From contig JAZKFH010000013.1 of assembly GCA_040386535.1 (NCBI GenBank), positions 192,001 through 256,000 of the forward strand: a DNA stretch of 64,000 bases, given 5' to 3'. This DNA is from Myxococcota bacterium. GTDB lineage: Bacteria > Myxococcota_A > UBA796 > SXON01. The translations under genes and the position numbers were made by a program. The notes below the pieces were generated by a model, which saw only the letters and a program-made list of their open reading frames with translations, was not told where the DNA came from and did not search any database. Of the stretch, positions 29,186-38,021 are shown in pieces; position 1 is the first letter of the stretch, and every line of letters begins with the position of its first letter.

Positions 29186-29186
29186 C

Positions 29187-30824
29187 CTACACGGGCTCCG
29201 GGAGCGGCTCCACCCACACGCGGAGCGCGTCGAAGACCCGGCCGACGGTCAGATCCGTCCGCGCGGCGACGTAGCCGTCGGGACGCAGGAGGAGCGCGGC
29301 CGGCGCATCGATGCCGTAGGCGCGCCTCAGCCGTCCACCGATGTCCGTGAAGCCCGGCGCGCCGGCGATGCTCGTGGGGGCCCCCTCCGTCCACACGATC
29401 GTGGGCGTCACCCGGCCCCCGAAGCGCGCCCCGACGGCCGTGAGCAGCTCGCGTGCCTGCCAGCCGTGGTACCGCGGGCGCAACACGACGAGGAGCTGCA
29501 ACCCCGGGGTGGCGAACAGGGTGTAGAGCCGCACGCGGTGGCCCTCCGGGGCAAGGAGCTCGACATCCGGCGCGCGCGCGCCCGGACCGGCGGCGCTCGA
29601 CCCCCACACCTCGCGGACGTGGGAGGAGGGCGGGCCGTAGCCGGTCGCGAGGCCGGAGAGCGCGCGCGCGAGGACCTGGCGCGCGACCGGGGTGGCGGCG
29701 AGCGCCCGCGCCACCCGAGCGCGGCCGGCCAGCAGCCCAGGGCGGTGGACCGTCGCCACGCGGAGGAGCGTGTCGGTGAACCCGATGGTCCACCGCGCAA
29801 CGGGCCGGCGCTCGGCTTCGTAGGTGTCGAGGATCGCCGCGGGCGCCTCGCCTCGGACCACGGCGGCCAGCTTCCAGCCGAGGTTCCAGCCGTCCGCCAT
29901 CCCGATGTTCAGGCCCTGGCCCCCGGCGGGGCTGTGCACGTGCGCGGCGTCGCCGGCCAGGAAGGCGGCCCCGTTCCGAAACGTCTCGGCGAGCCGCGAG
30001 TGGGGCCGGAACCGCGCGATCCACGTCGGGCTGCGCAGGTGCACGGGGACGGGCAGGACCGCCTCGACGAGCGCCTGGAGCTCGGCCAACGTCGGCTCCG
30101 TGGCGAGGTCGGGCGAGGCGGCGTGGTCGACGCCGACGCCGATGAGGCGCACGCGGCCCGGGCCGAACGGAACGAAGGCCACCAGCCCCCGCGGCGTCGC
30201 GTGGATGAGCACCTCGCCGGGCCCGAGGTCGACGCCGATGTCCAGATCGGCGAGCACGATCGTGAGGGGCCAGGCCCGGCCGGGGAAGGGGATACCGAGC
30301 GCGTGGCGCGTGGCGCTGTGGGCCCCGTCCGCCCCCACGATCCAGCGGACGTCGACCTCCTCGGCCTGCTCCCCCCGGACGAGCCGCGCCCGCGCCCCCT
30401 CGGCGGTGGCGGTCAGCCCGACCAGCGCGGTGCCCCGCTCGACCGGCACGCCGTACCCCGCGAGCGCCTCGGTCAGCAGGCGCTCGGTGTCGGCCTGGGC
30501 CAGCAGCAAGAGGAACGGGAAGCGGGTGTCCAGCTTCCCGAGGTCGACCGCGACGGGCTCCTGGGGCCCCGCCCCGAAGCGGAGCTGCGACACCGGCTGC
30601 CCCGCGGCCACGAACGTGTCGGCGAGGCCGAGCCGATCGAGCCCCTCGAGCGTGCGGGCGTGCAGCCCGAGCGCGCGCGACTCGACCGAGGGCGACGCCG
30701 CGCGGTCGACCACGCGGCACGGCACCTGCCGGCGCGCGAGCTCCAGGGCGACGCAGAGCCCGGTGGGACCGGCGCCGACCACGAGGACCTCCGGCCGTTG
30801 CACGTGCGCCTCCTCTCGGAACAT
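29187..30824 (-). CDS. FAD-dependent aromatic monooxygenase (FAD_binding_3 type)
   Basis: GAGPTG, GADGAHS, LAGDAAHVHSPAGGQGLN, LLRPDGYV. Confidence 0.92.
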   Translation of the reverse strand: MFREEAHVQRPEVLVVGAGPTGLCVALELARRQVPCRVVDRAASPSVESRALGLHARTLEGLDRLGLADTFVAAGQPVSQLRFGAGPQEPVAVDLGKLDTRFPFLLLLAQADTERLLTEALAGYGVPVERGTALVGLTATAEGARARLVRGEQAEEVDVRWIVGADGAHSATRHALGIPFPGRAWPLTIVLADLDIGVDLGPGEVLIHATPRGLVAFVPFGPGRVRLIGVGVDHAASPDLATEPTLAELQALVEAVLPVPVHLRSPTWIARFRPHSRLAETFRNGAAFLAGDAAHVHSPAGGQGLNIGMADGWNLGWKLAAVVRGEAPAAILDTYEAERRPVARWTIGFTDTLLRVATVHRPGLLAGRARVARALAATPVARQVLARALSGLATGYGPPSSHVREVWGSSAAGPGARAPDVELLAPEGHRVRLYTLFATPGLQLLVVLRPRYHGWQARELLTAVGARFGGRVTPTIVWTEGAPTSIAGAPGFTDIGGRLRRAYGIDAPAALLLRPDGYVAARTDLTVGRVFDALRVWVEPLPEPV

Positions 30825-30869
30825 GCACGCGCGGCACCGAACCGGAAAGGGAGCCGCTCTCCGGCCGCT

Positions 30870-31535
30870 CTACCCGCCGATCACGTCCTCGATCCGGTAC
30901 ACGCCCGCCGGCTTCCCGACGATCCAGCGCGCCGCCGTCACCGCGCCCGCGGCGAACAGGCCGCGATGCGTCGCGACGTGCCCGAGCTCGATGCGCTCGC
31001 CGGGCCCGCACAGGTAGACCCGGTGCTCGCCCACGATGTCGCCGCCGCGCACCGCGTGGACGCCGATCTCGCCGTCGACCCGGGGGCCCGTGCGGCCCGA
31101 CACGACCGTGCCCAGCGCCTCGACGAGCCGGAGCGCGGTGCCCGACGGCGCATCGCGCTTGTGCTTGTGGTGGAGCTCCACCACCTCGATGTCGTAGCCG
31201 GGGAGCGCCTGGGCGGCGTCCCTCACCAGCCGCGCGAGCACCGCCACCCCGAGGGAGAAGTTGGCGGAGTGGAGCACGGGGAGCGCGGGGTTGACCGCCG
31301 CGAGGTCGACCGGGAGCATGCCGGTGGTGCCGGTCACGACCGGACAGGGCGCCTGCGTCAGGAGGCGGCGCAGCCCGTCGGGGGTCGTAAAGTCGATGAT
31401 CACGTCGGCGTCGAGCGGGGAGGGGAGGTCCTTCCCGCACGCCCACGCGATCTCGAGATCGGCGGCAGCCTCGATCTCCGCGACCACGAGCCGGCCCATG
31501 CGCCCGGTGGCGCCGTGCACGCCGATGCGGATCAG
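30870..31535 (-). CDS. dapB: 4-hydroxy-tetrahydrodipicolinate reductase (probable CTG start)
   Basis: IRIGVHGATGRMG, DFT, GTTG, ANFSLG, ELHHKHKRDAPSGTA, RGGDIVGEH. Confidence 0.93.
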   Translation of the reverse strand: MIRIGVHGATGRMGRLVVAEIEAAADLEIAWACGKDLPSPLDADVIIDFTTPDGLRRLLTQAPCPVVTGTTGMLPVDLAAVNPALPVLHSANFSLGVAVLARLVRDAAQALPGYDIEVVELHHKHKRDAPSGTALRLVEALGTVVSGRTGPRVDGEIGVHAVRGGDIVGEHRVYLCGPGERIELGHVATHRGLFAAGAVTAARWIVGKPAGVYRIEDVIGG

Positions 31536-32386
31536 GCGATCCCCGCGAGGAGCTCGGCCGGCGGCGCCTGCCCGGTCGAGAGCGGGAGCCGGCAGTCGGG
31601 CGCGCAGAGCCCAAGGGCGGCGAGTGCGGCCTTGCAAGGGACGGGGCTGGTCTGCGCGAAGAGCCAGCGGACGAGCGGGTAGAGCGCGCGATGGCGGGCC
31701 GCGGCGGTCGCCGGGTCCTTCTCCTTCCACGCCTGCCACACGGCCACCGTCGCGGCCGGCGCGACGTTCGACACCACCGAGATGACGCCCGTGCCGCCCA
31801 CCGAGAGGAGGGGCAGCCACGTGAAGTCGTCGCCCGAGAGGGTCGGCTTCTTCGTGAGCAGCATCACGTCCTGGCCGAATTGCACGTCCCCCGTGGCCTC
31901 CTTGCAGGCGACCACCCCGTCGATCTCGCAGAGCGACGCGAGCAGCTCGGGGGAGAGCCGCTGCGCGGTGCGCCCGGGCACGTGGTAGACGACGAGCGGC
32001 AGGCCCACGGCGGCGGCGGCGCGCACGTGGGCGCGAAGGCCCTCGGGCGTGGGCTTGTTGTAGTAGGGGAGCACGAGCAGCCCCGCGGCCGCGCCGAGCT
32101 CGCGGGCGCGCGTGGTGTTCGCCACGGTCGACCGGGTGTCGTTCGTGCCGACGCCCATCGTGATGGGGAGGCCACCGCCGGCCTCTTCGAGCGCGACGCG
32201 GAGGAGCAGATCGCGCTCGGCAGCGTCGAGGGTGGGGGACTCGCCGGTGGTGCCGGCCACGACCACGCCCTGCACGCCCCCGCGGATCTGGCGCGAGAGG
32301 AGCGCGCGGTACGCGGGCTCGTCGATGCGGTCGTCCCGAAAGGGAGTGACGATCGCGGTGTGGACGCCCTGCCACACGCCCGGCAT
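31532..32386 (-). CDS. dapA: 4-hydroxy-tetrahydrodipicolinate synthase
   Basis: TAIVTPF, GTTGES, PYYNKP, YHVPGRT, KEATG, SGDD. Confidence 0.96.
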   Translation of the reverse strand: MPGVWQGVHTAIVTPFRDDRIDEPAYRALLSRQIRGGVQGVVVAGTTGESPTLDAAERDLLLRVALEEAGGGLPITMGVGTNDTRSTVANTTRARELGAAAGLLVLPYYNKPTPEGLRAHVRAAAAVGLPLVVYHVPGRTAQRLSPELLASLCEIDGVVACKEATGDVQFGQDVMLLTKKPTLSGDDFTWLPLLSVGGTGVISVVSNVAPAATVAVWQAWKEKDPATAAARHRALYPLVRWLFAQTSPVPCKAALAALGLCAPDCRLPLSTGQAPPAELLAGIA

Positions 32387-33714
32387 CAGAATTCCACCGT
32401 GCCGATGAGGCGCGCGCCCCAGGTCACCTGGTCGAAGTCGCCGCCGTACTCGGTGGTCTCGTACTCCGTGAAGTACTTGCCCGGCATCAGCACGCCGGCC
32501 GTACCCTTGACCCACACGTGCGGGTGCGGGTCGTAGCGGACGGAGAGATCGATCTCGTTGCCGTAGCCCTTGCGGCCGTCGGTCGTCGGGGGGCCCGCCG
32601 CCATCGTCGCGCTGAACCAGGCCAGCTCGGCTTCGACCTCGGGGAGGAGGCGGTACTTCACCGAGGGGCGCAGATACAGGACGTTCGACAACCCGTCGCC
32701 CGTGAGCGCCGCGTCGGTGTTGCGGCCCTGGTTGGTGTCGTTCGGTACACCGTGCTCGAGCGTCGGGAGGGTCTCCTCGAACAGGACGACGGACACGTTG
32801 TGGTCCCGGTCGAACGAGAAGGTGCGGATCTTCGCGTCGCTCGGCTCGGTGTCGCCCGTCGCGAAGCCGCCCTCGAGCCCGAGGGTGAGCTTGTCCGTGG
32901 CGTAGGCGGCGTTGAGCATGCCGCCGAAGGCCATGATGTCGACCTCGGTGGCGCCGGTGTCGAGGTCACCCTTGCCGAACACGCCCACGACCTCGAGCTC
33001 GCCGCGGATCGGCCCCAGCTCGGTGAAAGCCCAGAGGTCGCCGGTGTAGGCGTGGTACTTCTGGCTGGGCTGGTAGCGGTAGATGTTCAGGAGCCCGACG
33101 CCCGCGGTCTCGCTGCGGTAGCCGAGGCCGAGGGAGGCGGACTGCATGTCGTCCTCCTGGCCCAGGTAGTTCTCGAACTGCACGTCATAGGCGGCGAAGA
33201 CGAAGACCGGCCCGACGCGCGTGGAGAACTGGAGGCGGTCCGCCGTGTCGCCGTACTCGTCCTCCGGGTCGTTCCCGGCGTTCCAGAGCAAGCCCGCTCC
33301 CCACTCCATCGGCATGCGGCCGAGGGCGAAGCGGCCGATGGGCGTGTAGGCCTCGGCCCAGGCGCGGGTGGCGACGAGGCCGGCGCCGACGGAGTCGGTA
33401 CCGTCCGCCGTGGCGATGGCCGTCTCCTCCCCCGTGACGGGGTCGACGTAGGTCGACGGCTCCGCGCCCCAGAGCTGGAACGGGAACAGGTCGATCTGCG
33501 CGTGCAGCGAGGCGTGCTCGGACAACAGCCAGGCCGGCCGGAGCGACATCCGGTGGTCGAACGAGCCGCTGAACCCCTCGGTGTTGAGGTTGGTCTTCGA
33601 CATCGACAGCGAGTCGTACACGAGGGCGCGCCCACGGTAGTAGCCATCCCACGTGAGCTCGGCGGCGGACGCCGATGCGGGCAGGAGGAGGAGCGCGAGG
33701 AGAGGAGCGATCAA
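32386..33714 (-). CDS. Outer-membrane beta-barrel protein (alginate-export/myxobacterial porin-like)
   Basis: Signal peptide; GRMP.EWG.G...N.G; amphipathic strands; GNEIDL; C-terminal Phe. Confidence 0.8.
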   Translation of the reverse strand: MIAPLLALLLLPASASAAELTWDGYYRGRALVYDSLSMSKTNLNTEGFSGSFDHRMSLRPAWLLSEHASLHAQIDLFPFQLWGAEPSTYVDPVTGEETAIATADGTDSVGAGLVATRAWAEAYTPIGRFALGRMPMEWGAGLLWNAGNDPEDEYGDTADRLQFSTRVGPVFVFAAYDVQFENYLGQEDDMQSASLGLGYRSETAGVGLLNIYRYQPSQKYHAYTGDLWAFTELGPIRGELEVVGVFGKGDLDTGATEVDIMAFGGMLNAAYATDKLTLGLEGGFATGDTEPSDAKIRTFSFDRDHNVSVVLFEETLPTLEHGVPNDTNQGRNTDAALTGDGLSNVLYLRPSVKYRLLPEVEAELAWFSATMAAGPPTTDGRKGYGNEIDLSVRYDPHPHVWVKGTAGVLMPGKYFTEYETTEYGGDFDQVTWGARLIGTVEF

Positions 33715-33818
33715 CGTTGACTCCGAGCGTGCGCGGACGCGCCGGGAGGGCCGCCCGACCGGGCATGCCGGCGCGGTGCGGGAGTAGCACGCGCCCGATC
33801 CCTGGGCAACGGACGCGC

Positions 33819-33847
33819 TTGACGGATCGCGGCCGACGACGGACATT
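33819..33847 (+). promoter_or_regulatory. Putative sigma70 promoter TTGACG-N17-GACATT, 5 nt before ATG
   Basis: Near-consensus -35 with 17 nt spacing; no SD. Confidence 0.45.
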
Positions 33848-33852
33848 GACAC

Positions 33853-34098
33853 ATGCTCGAAGTCTTCCGACGGTTGTGGATCGGCTGGAACGTCGCGGTG
33901 CGCCGCATCGTCGGGGCCCAGAGCGCCGTGCTCATGGGTTTTACGTGGCTCGTCGGGCTCGCGCCCGTCGCGATCGTGCTCCGCCTCCAGGGCAAGCGCC
34001 TGCTCGACCGCGCCGCGACCGACCCCGCGGCGGTCTCCCACCGGGTCGTGCGTGATCCCGCGCCCATGGACATGGCCAAGGCGTCGCGGATGTTCTAG
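33853..34098 (+). CDS. SxtJ-like small membrane protein
   Basis: W..W...IG..Q..VL...W...L.P....RL.GK..L; C-terminal RMF. Confidence 0.65.
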   Translation: MLEVFRRLWIGWNVAVRRIVGAQSAVLMGFTWLVGLAPVAIVLRLQGKRLLDRAATDPAAVSHRVVRDPAPMDMAKASRMF

Positions 34099-34101
34099 GC
34101 A

Positions 34102-34130
34102 CGCGCCCCCTCCCGCCCGATGGGGGCGTG
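34102..34130. terminator. GC hairpin between convergent genes
   Basis: CGCCCCC...GGGGGCG inverted repeat just after stop 34098; no U tract. Confidence 0.35.
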
Positions 34131-34175
34131 GGGGGCTCGCACCTGCCGAAGCGCCGCCGCAGCGACCGCCGCTCT

Positions 34176-34355
34176 CTACAGCGCGTAGATGAACGGCAGG
34201 ACGGGGCTCGCCTCGGCGAACAGGATGAAGGCCACCATCGCCAACAGCACGACGATGATCGGCGTCATCCACCAGATCTTCTCGTGGACGATGAAGTCCC
34301 AGAACTCGGAGACGAGGCTCTTCGACGCGGTGGGGAGCTTGGGTTCGTCGGACAT
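34176..34355 (-). CDS. DUF5989/SxtK-like small membrane protein
   Basis: EFWDF...K.WWMTPII..LL...SPVLPFIYAL. Confidence 0.8.
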   Translation of the reverse strand: MSDEPKLPTASKSLVSEFWDFIVHEKIWWMTPIIVVLLAMVAFILFAEASPVLPFIYAL

Positions 34356-34361
34356 GCCGCG

Positions 34362-34367
34362 ATGGTA
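34362..34367 (-). promoter_or_regulatory. -10 element TACCAT 6 nt upstream of ATG 34355
   Basis: TACCAT-cgcggc-ATG. Confidence 0.5.
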
Positions 34368-34481
34368 TCGCATGGAGTTGTACCCAGGTATGGACAACTC
34401 GGGGGACAACTTGCCGAGCGTTTTGATCCCTGGCGATGGGAAAGGGCTTGCCCATCCGTTACAGTCGGGGTTCGTCCGGCC

Positions 34482-36260
34482 TCATCCAACCTCGGGCATC
34501 CACGCATAGGCGACGAAGATCCCCATCACCCCAAAAAGTGGGATCCCACTCCGGAGCGCGGGGTGATCGAAGGTGGCCGCGGTGCACGCGGTGGCGGCGG
34601 CCGACAGGTGGAGGAGGGGGAGGAAGTAGTGCGAGGGGCTGTGGTCGATCGTGCACAGCAGCAGCGAGTAGACGATCGCGGTGCCGAGGAGCACGCGGGT
34701 GCCTCGAGGCCACGCGAGGGCCGCGAGGAGGGGGAGCCCGCCCGCGTAGGCCACCCAGAGCCCGTAGAAGCGGGGCGCACGGCCGAGGAGCACGGCAGGA
34801 TCGGCCTCGCCGTGCCAGTGCTCCGGAAACGTCTCCCACCAGAGGGTGTCGAGCCAGCCCCCCAGGCTACCCGTGGCGTGGCCGGCCAGCGCGACGATCC
34901 CGGCGACCACGAGCACCCCGACCAGCATCCGCGCGACGCGCCGCGGCTCGCCCGCGAGGAGCCCCGCGACCGCGGTGACGAACGCGCCGGGGTACCGCGT
35001 GAGCTGCGCGAGGAGGGAGAAGCCAACGTACGCGCCCCCCCGAGGCCGCGCGAGCGCCGTGACCGCGCCGAGTAGCCCGAGCGTGTAGAGCGTGTCCGGC
35101 AACATGGCGCTCGATGGCTCGAGCATCAGCCTCCCGTGCATGGCCGTGGCGGCGGCGGGGAGCAGCCAGGCGAGCGCGGGGGCCCGTGGCGCCCAGGCCT
35201 GGATGGCGAGCACCCCGGCGAGCCCCACCATCAGGAGCTTCAAGAGGAACGTGAGGTTGGCGGTCGGAAGCTCGCCCCCCGCCGTCACCAGCGGCGCGGC
35301 GAGCACGTAGCTGGGGAGCGGCGGCTGCACGTCCGTGACCCGGCGGCCCAGGTAGAGCTCGCGTGCCCAGATCACCTGCTCGACCATGTTGAGCAGCTGG
35401 TAGTAGTGGACGAAGCGGAGCGCGCCGTCCGCGTGGAGCGCCCACACCGCGTCGGGGCCGCCGAGCTGGTAGACGACGCTCCGGTTCGGGTCGGACAGGC
35501 GCAGCTGGAGGCGCTCGCCCGCCTGGAGGTGCGTCGTGAGCGCGATCGCGGCGACCCCCCGGGTGAGGTAGCGGGGCACTGGCCCTTCCTCGGCTTGCTC
35601 CTCGACGTTGGCCTGGATCACGACTTCACGGGCGCCGACGCGCATCCCGGCGCCGACCGGGCCCTGGAGGACCAGCACGAGGGGGCCCTCCGCGGGACCG
35701 AGGAGGAACGGGTCCGCCGCGCGGGGGACGAGCTCGAGCGCCTGGGCCTCGGGCCATCCGACGACGCGCCGCTCCCGCCACCCCGCGCCGGGGCTCGGCG
35801 GGGTCGTGGTCTCGCCGCCGGCCCACGCCGTCTCCGCGGCCGCGGACCACCAGTACACGCCCATCGGGCGCGTCACCGCGTCACGCCAGCTCCATCCGAG
35901 CATCAGTACGATCGCGACGACCCCGAGGCCGCCGAGGCGCGCGGCCAGCGCGGACGCCTGTGCGCGCGGTGCCGAGAGCCGCTCGCTCGCCGCGGTGAAC
36001 ACCGCCGCGGTGGCCAGCGTGCCGGGGCCGCCCAGGCCCGTCCCCACCCCGACCAGCACCGCCGGCACCGCGAGGAGCGCCGACACCCAGAAGGCGAGCA
36101 CCACGCGCTCCACCGGATCGCGTGACAACCGGCGGGCGACGCCACGCCCCGGAAACCAGAGGAGCGCGGGCACGGCGAGCGCGGCCACCACGATCTCGTC
36201 GGCCCCCGCGGTGAGGGCGGCCGCGGCCAGCACGGCGGGGAGCAGAGCGATCCAGCGCAT
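34482..36260 (-). CDS. GT-C-like polytopic membrane protein with periplasmic beta domain
   Basis: Many TM segments; DVQPPL..Y, LPD.LY, LTRYPG, HYFLP motifs. Confidence 0.65.
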   Translation of the reverse strand: MRWIALLPAVLAAAALTAGADEIVVAALAVPALLWFPGRGVARRLSRDPVERVVLAFWVSALLAVPAVLVGVGTGLGGPGTLATAAVFTAASERLSAPRAQASALAARLGGLGVVAIVLMLGWSWRDAVTRPMGVYWWSAAAETAWAGGETTTPPSPGAGWRERRVVGWPEAQALELVPRAADPFLLGPAEGPLVLVLQGPVGAGMRVGAREVVIQANVEEQAEEGPVPRYLTRGVAAIALTTHLQAGERLQLRLSDPNRSVVYQLGGPDAVWALHADGALRFVHYYQLLNMVEQVIWARELYLGRRVTDVQPPLPSYVLAAPLVTAGGELPTANLTFLLKLLMVGLAGVLAIQAWAPRAPALAWLLPAAATAMHGRLMLEPSSAMLPDTLYTLGLLGAVTALARPRGGAYVGFSLLAQLTRYPGAFVTAVAGLLAGEPRRVARMLVGVLVVAGIVALAGHATGSLGGWLDTLWWETFPEHWHGEADPAVLLGRAPRFYGLWVAYAGGLPLLAALAWPRGTRVLLGTAIVYSLLLCTIDHSPSHYFLPLLHLSAAATACTAATFDHPALRSGIPLFGVMGIFVAYAWMPEVG

Positions 36261-36267
36261 GCGCGGG

Positions 36268-36286
36268 AGTCTACTCGGGCTACTCT
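36268..36286. promoter_or_regulatory. Back-to-back divergent -10 elements (TAGACT on -, TACTCT on +), each 7 nt from an ATG
   Basis: 33-bp gap between ATG 36260(-) and ATG 36294(+) contains both hexamers. Confidence 0.55.
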
Positions 36287-36293
36287 GTCCGTG

Positions 36294-37004
36294 ATGCTCT
36301 CCCTCCTCTTCGCGCTCGCGTGCGACTTCTCCGCGGCGTCGAAGGTCGTGGGGCAGGACTCCGGCGCCGACCCTGACGACACCGCGCCGGTGGGCGGAGA
36401 CTCCGCCGGTCCCGACACCGACGAGACGGACACCGACGACACGGAGGACACCGAGCCGCCGGACCCGCTGGCGGTCGACGACGACAGCGACGGCTGGTCT
36501 GAGATGGACGGCGACTGCGACGACGAGGATCTCACCGTCCACCCCGACGCGAACGACGTGTGCAACGCGGTGGACGACGACTGTGACGACGAGATCGACG
36601 AGGACGCGACCCCCGACGGTTACGAGCCGAACGATGTCGACGGCTACGGGATCGGCCGCCTCGACGACGACCCCGAGCTCACCGCGGTGGCGACGATCTC
36701 CGGCGAGATCGACGTCGATCGGTTCACCTTCTCCTTCTCGGACAGCTGGGCGGGCCTGTTCTCGGTCGAGATGACCCTCTCGGGCATCCCGGACGACGCG
36801 ACGTGGCGCTTCACGCTCAACCGCCTCACCTCCGACGGGGGCCTCGCCGCCGAAGAGGTCGACCAGGTGTTCGGGAGCGGCTCGCTCACGATGACGCTCC
36901 CCGACGTGGCGCTCCAGGAGGACGGCGGCACGTACGAGCTCGTGGTCGAGTCCATCTCCGGCGCGGACTGCGGGCGCTCGTACCTGCTCGCGGTGGCCTG
37001 GTAG
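36294..37004 (+). CDS. Acidic lipoprotein with DCDD metal-binding-type repeat and PPC-like C-terminal domain
   Basis: MLSLLFALAC; GDCDD...HPDA..VCNAVDDDCD; YEPND...DVDRF...GTYELVV. Confidence 0.8.
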   Translation: MLSLLFALACDFSAASKVVGQDSGADPDDTAPVGGDSAGPDTDETDTDDTEDTEPPDPLAVDDDSDGWSEMDGDCDDEDLTVHPDANDVCNAVDDDCDDEIDEDATPDGYEPNDVDGYGIGRLDDDPELTAVATISGEIDVDRFTFSFSDSWAGLFSVEMTLSGIPDDATWRFTLNRLTSDGGLAAEEVDQVFGSGSLTMTLPDVALQEDGGTYELVVESISGADCGRSYLLAVAW

Positions 37005-37016
37005 CCCGCCGGTCGG

Positions 37017-38021
37017 TCACCCCAGCGTCGCGAGCACCATCCGGTCGATCCGCAATCGGGAGGCCGCGGCGAGCCACCGCATGAGCGCAGCGACGTCGGG
37101 CTCCGGCGGGGCGTCGTCGCGACGCGCCCACGCGCGAAGGAGCACGCGCGCGGACACCGGATCGAGGCCGTCGGGCCCCCAGACGCCGAACGAGGCGCCG
37201 GCGCCGGCGGTCGATTGGAGCTCGCGGGCGCCCTGCACGCGCACCCCGTCACTCTCTACGAGCAGCGCCACGCCGTCCTCGTCGCGGGCGACGCAGCCGC
37301 GCGCGCGGGGCGGCGGCACGAGCGCGTCGAGGCGCCCCGCGAGCCGGCCGAGGCGGGCGCGCCCCGAGGCGGCTCCCAGCGCGCGCGCGCGGCGGACGAG
37401 GGCATGGCGTTCGCTCGCGAGCGTGCTCGCGCACGCGTGGAGCAGCAGGCGGGTCGCGTCGGCGGCGGAGGGGGGCGGCACTTCGGCGAAGCCGCTCGCG
37501 AGGTCACCCACGGGGCCGCTCGGGTCGAGCGCCGCCACGAGCTCGCCCACGGCGCGCAGATCGTCGGCCACCGTCGCGCCGGGCACCGGCCCCAACCACG
37601 CGAGGGTCCAGCCCCGGGGCGTGAGGACCACGCTGTCCGATCCCACCCACCCGTGGGCGAAGCCGGTCTCGTGCAGCACGGAGAGCCCGGTGTAGACCCC
37701 GAGCGCGAGCCGGGCGGTCCAGACGGGGCCGGGCGCGCGCTCGACGGGGAGCAGATCCGCCAACGAGCACGAAACCGCCGCGGTGCGGAGGTGCGGCCGC
37801 CCGGCGGTCACCCCGGTGACGGCCAACGGGAGCCCCTGGAGCCGCGCGCACCGGTCGTCGAGCGGCGCGTCGCCGTGCCCGACACGGAGGAGGACACGCT
37901 CGCCGGTCGCGGTGTCCCACGCCTCCCACGTGGAGGTGGCCGAATCTTCGGCGACGCGGCGGCGGCGGCGCAAGGTGCCGACGAGAGGCGGGAGGGTACC
38001 CGCGGGCGATGGGGGGCTCAC
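37017..38021 (-). CDS. Degenerate Ser/Thr protein-kinase-like protein (pseudokinase)
   Basis: WEAWD...GERVLLRV N-lobe; L.VLHETGFAHGW in place of HRD; DDLRAVG; GTGA-coupled to PilZ gene. Confidence 0.6.
   Translation of the reverse strand: MSPPSPAGTLPPLVGTLRRRRRVAEDSATSTWEAWDTATGERVLLRVGHGDAPLDDRCARLQGLPLAVTGVTAGRPHLRTAAVSCSLADLLPVERAPGPVWTARLALGVYTGLSVLHETGFAHGWVGSDSVVLTPRGWTLAWLGPVPGATVADDLRAVGELVAALDPSGPVGDLASGFAEVPPPSAADATRLLLHACASTLASERHALVRRARALGAASGRARLGRLAGRLDALVPPPRARGCVARDEDGVALLVESDGVRVQGARELQSTAGAGASFGVWGPDGLDPVSARVLLRAWARRDDAPPEPDVAALMRWLAAASRLRIDRMVLATLG

Noticed and set aside
33853..34355. Saxitoxin biosynthesis cluster
   Set aside because: Only SxtJ/K-like accessory families are present; no sxtA/G/I or other core genes
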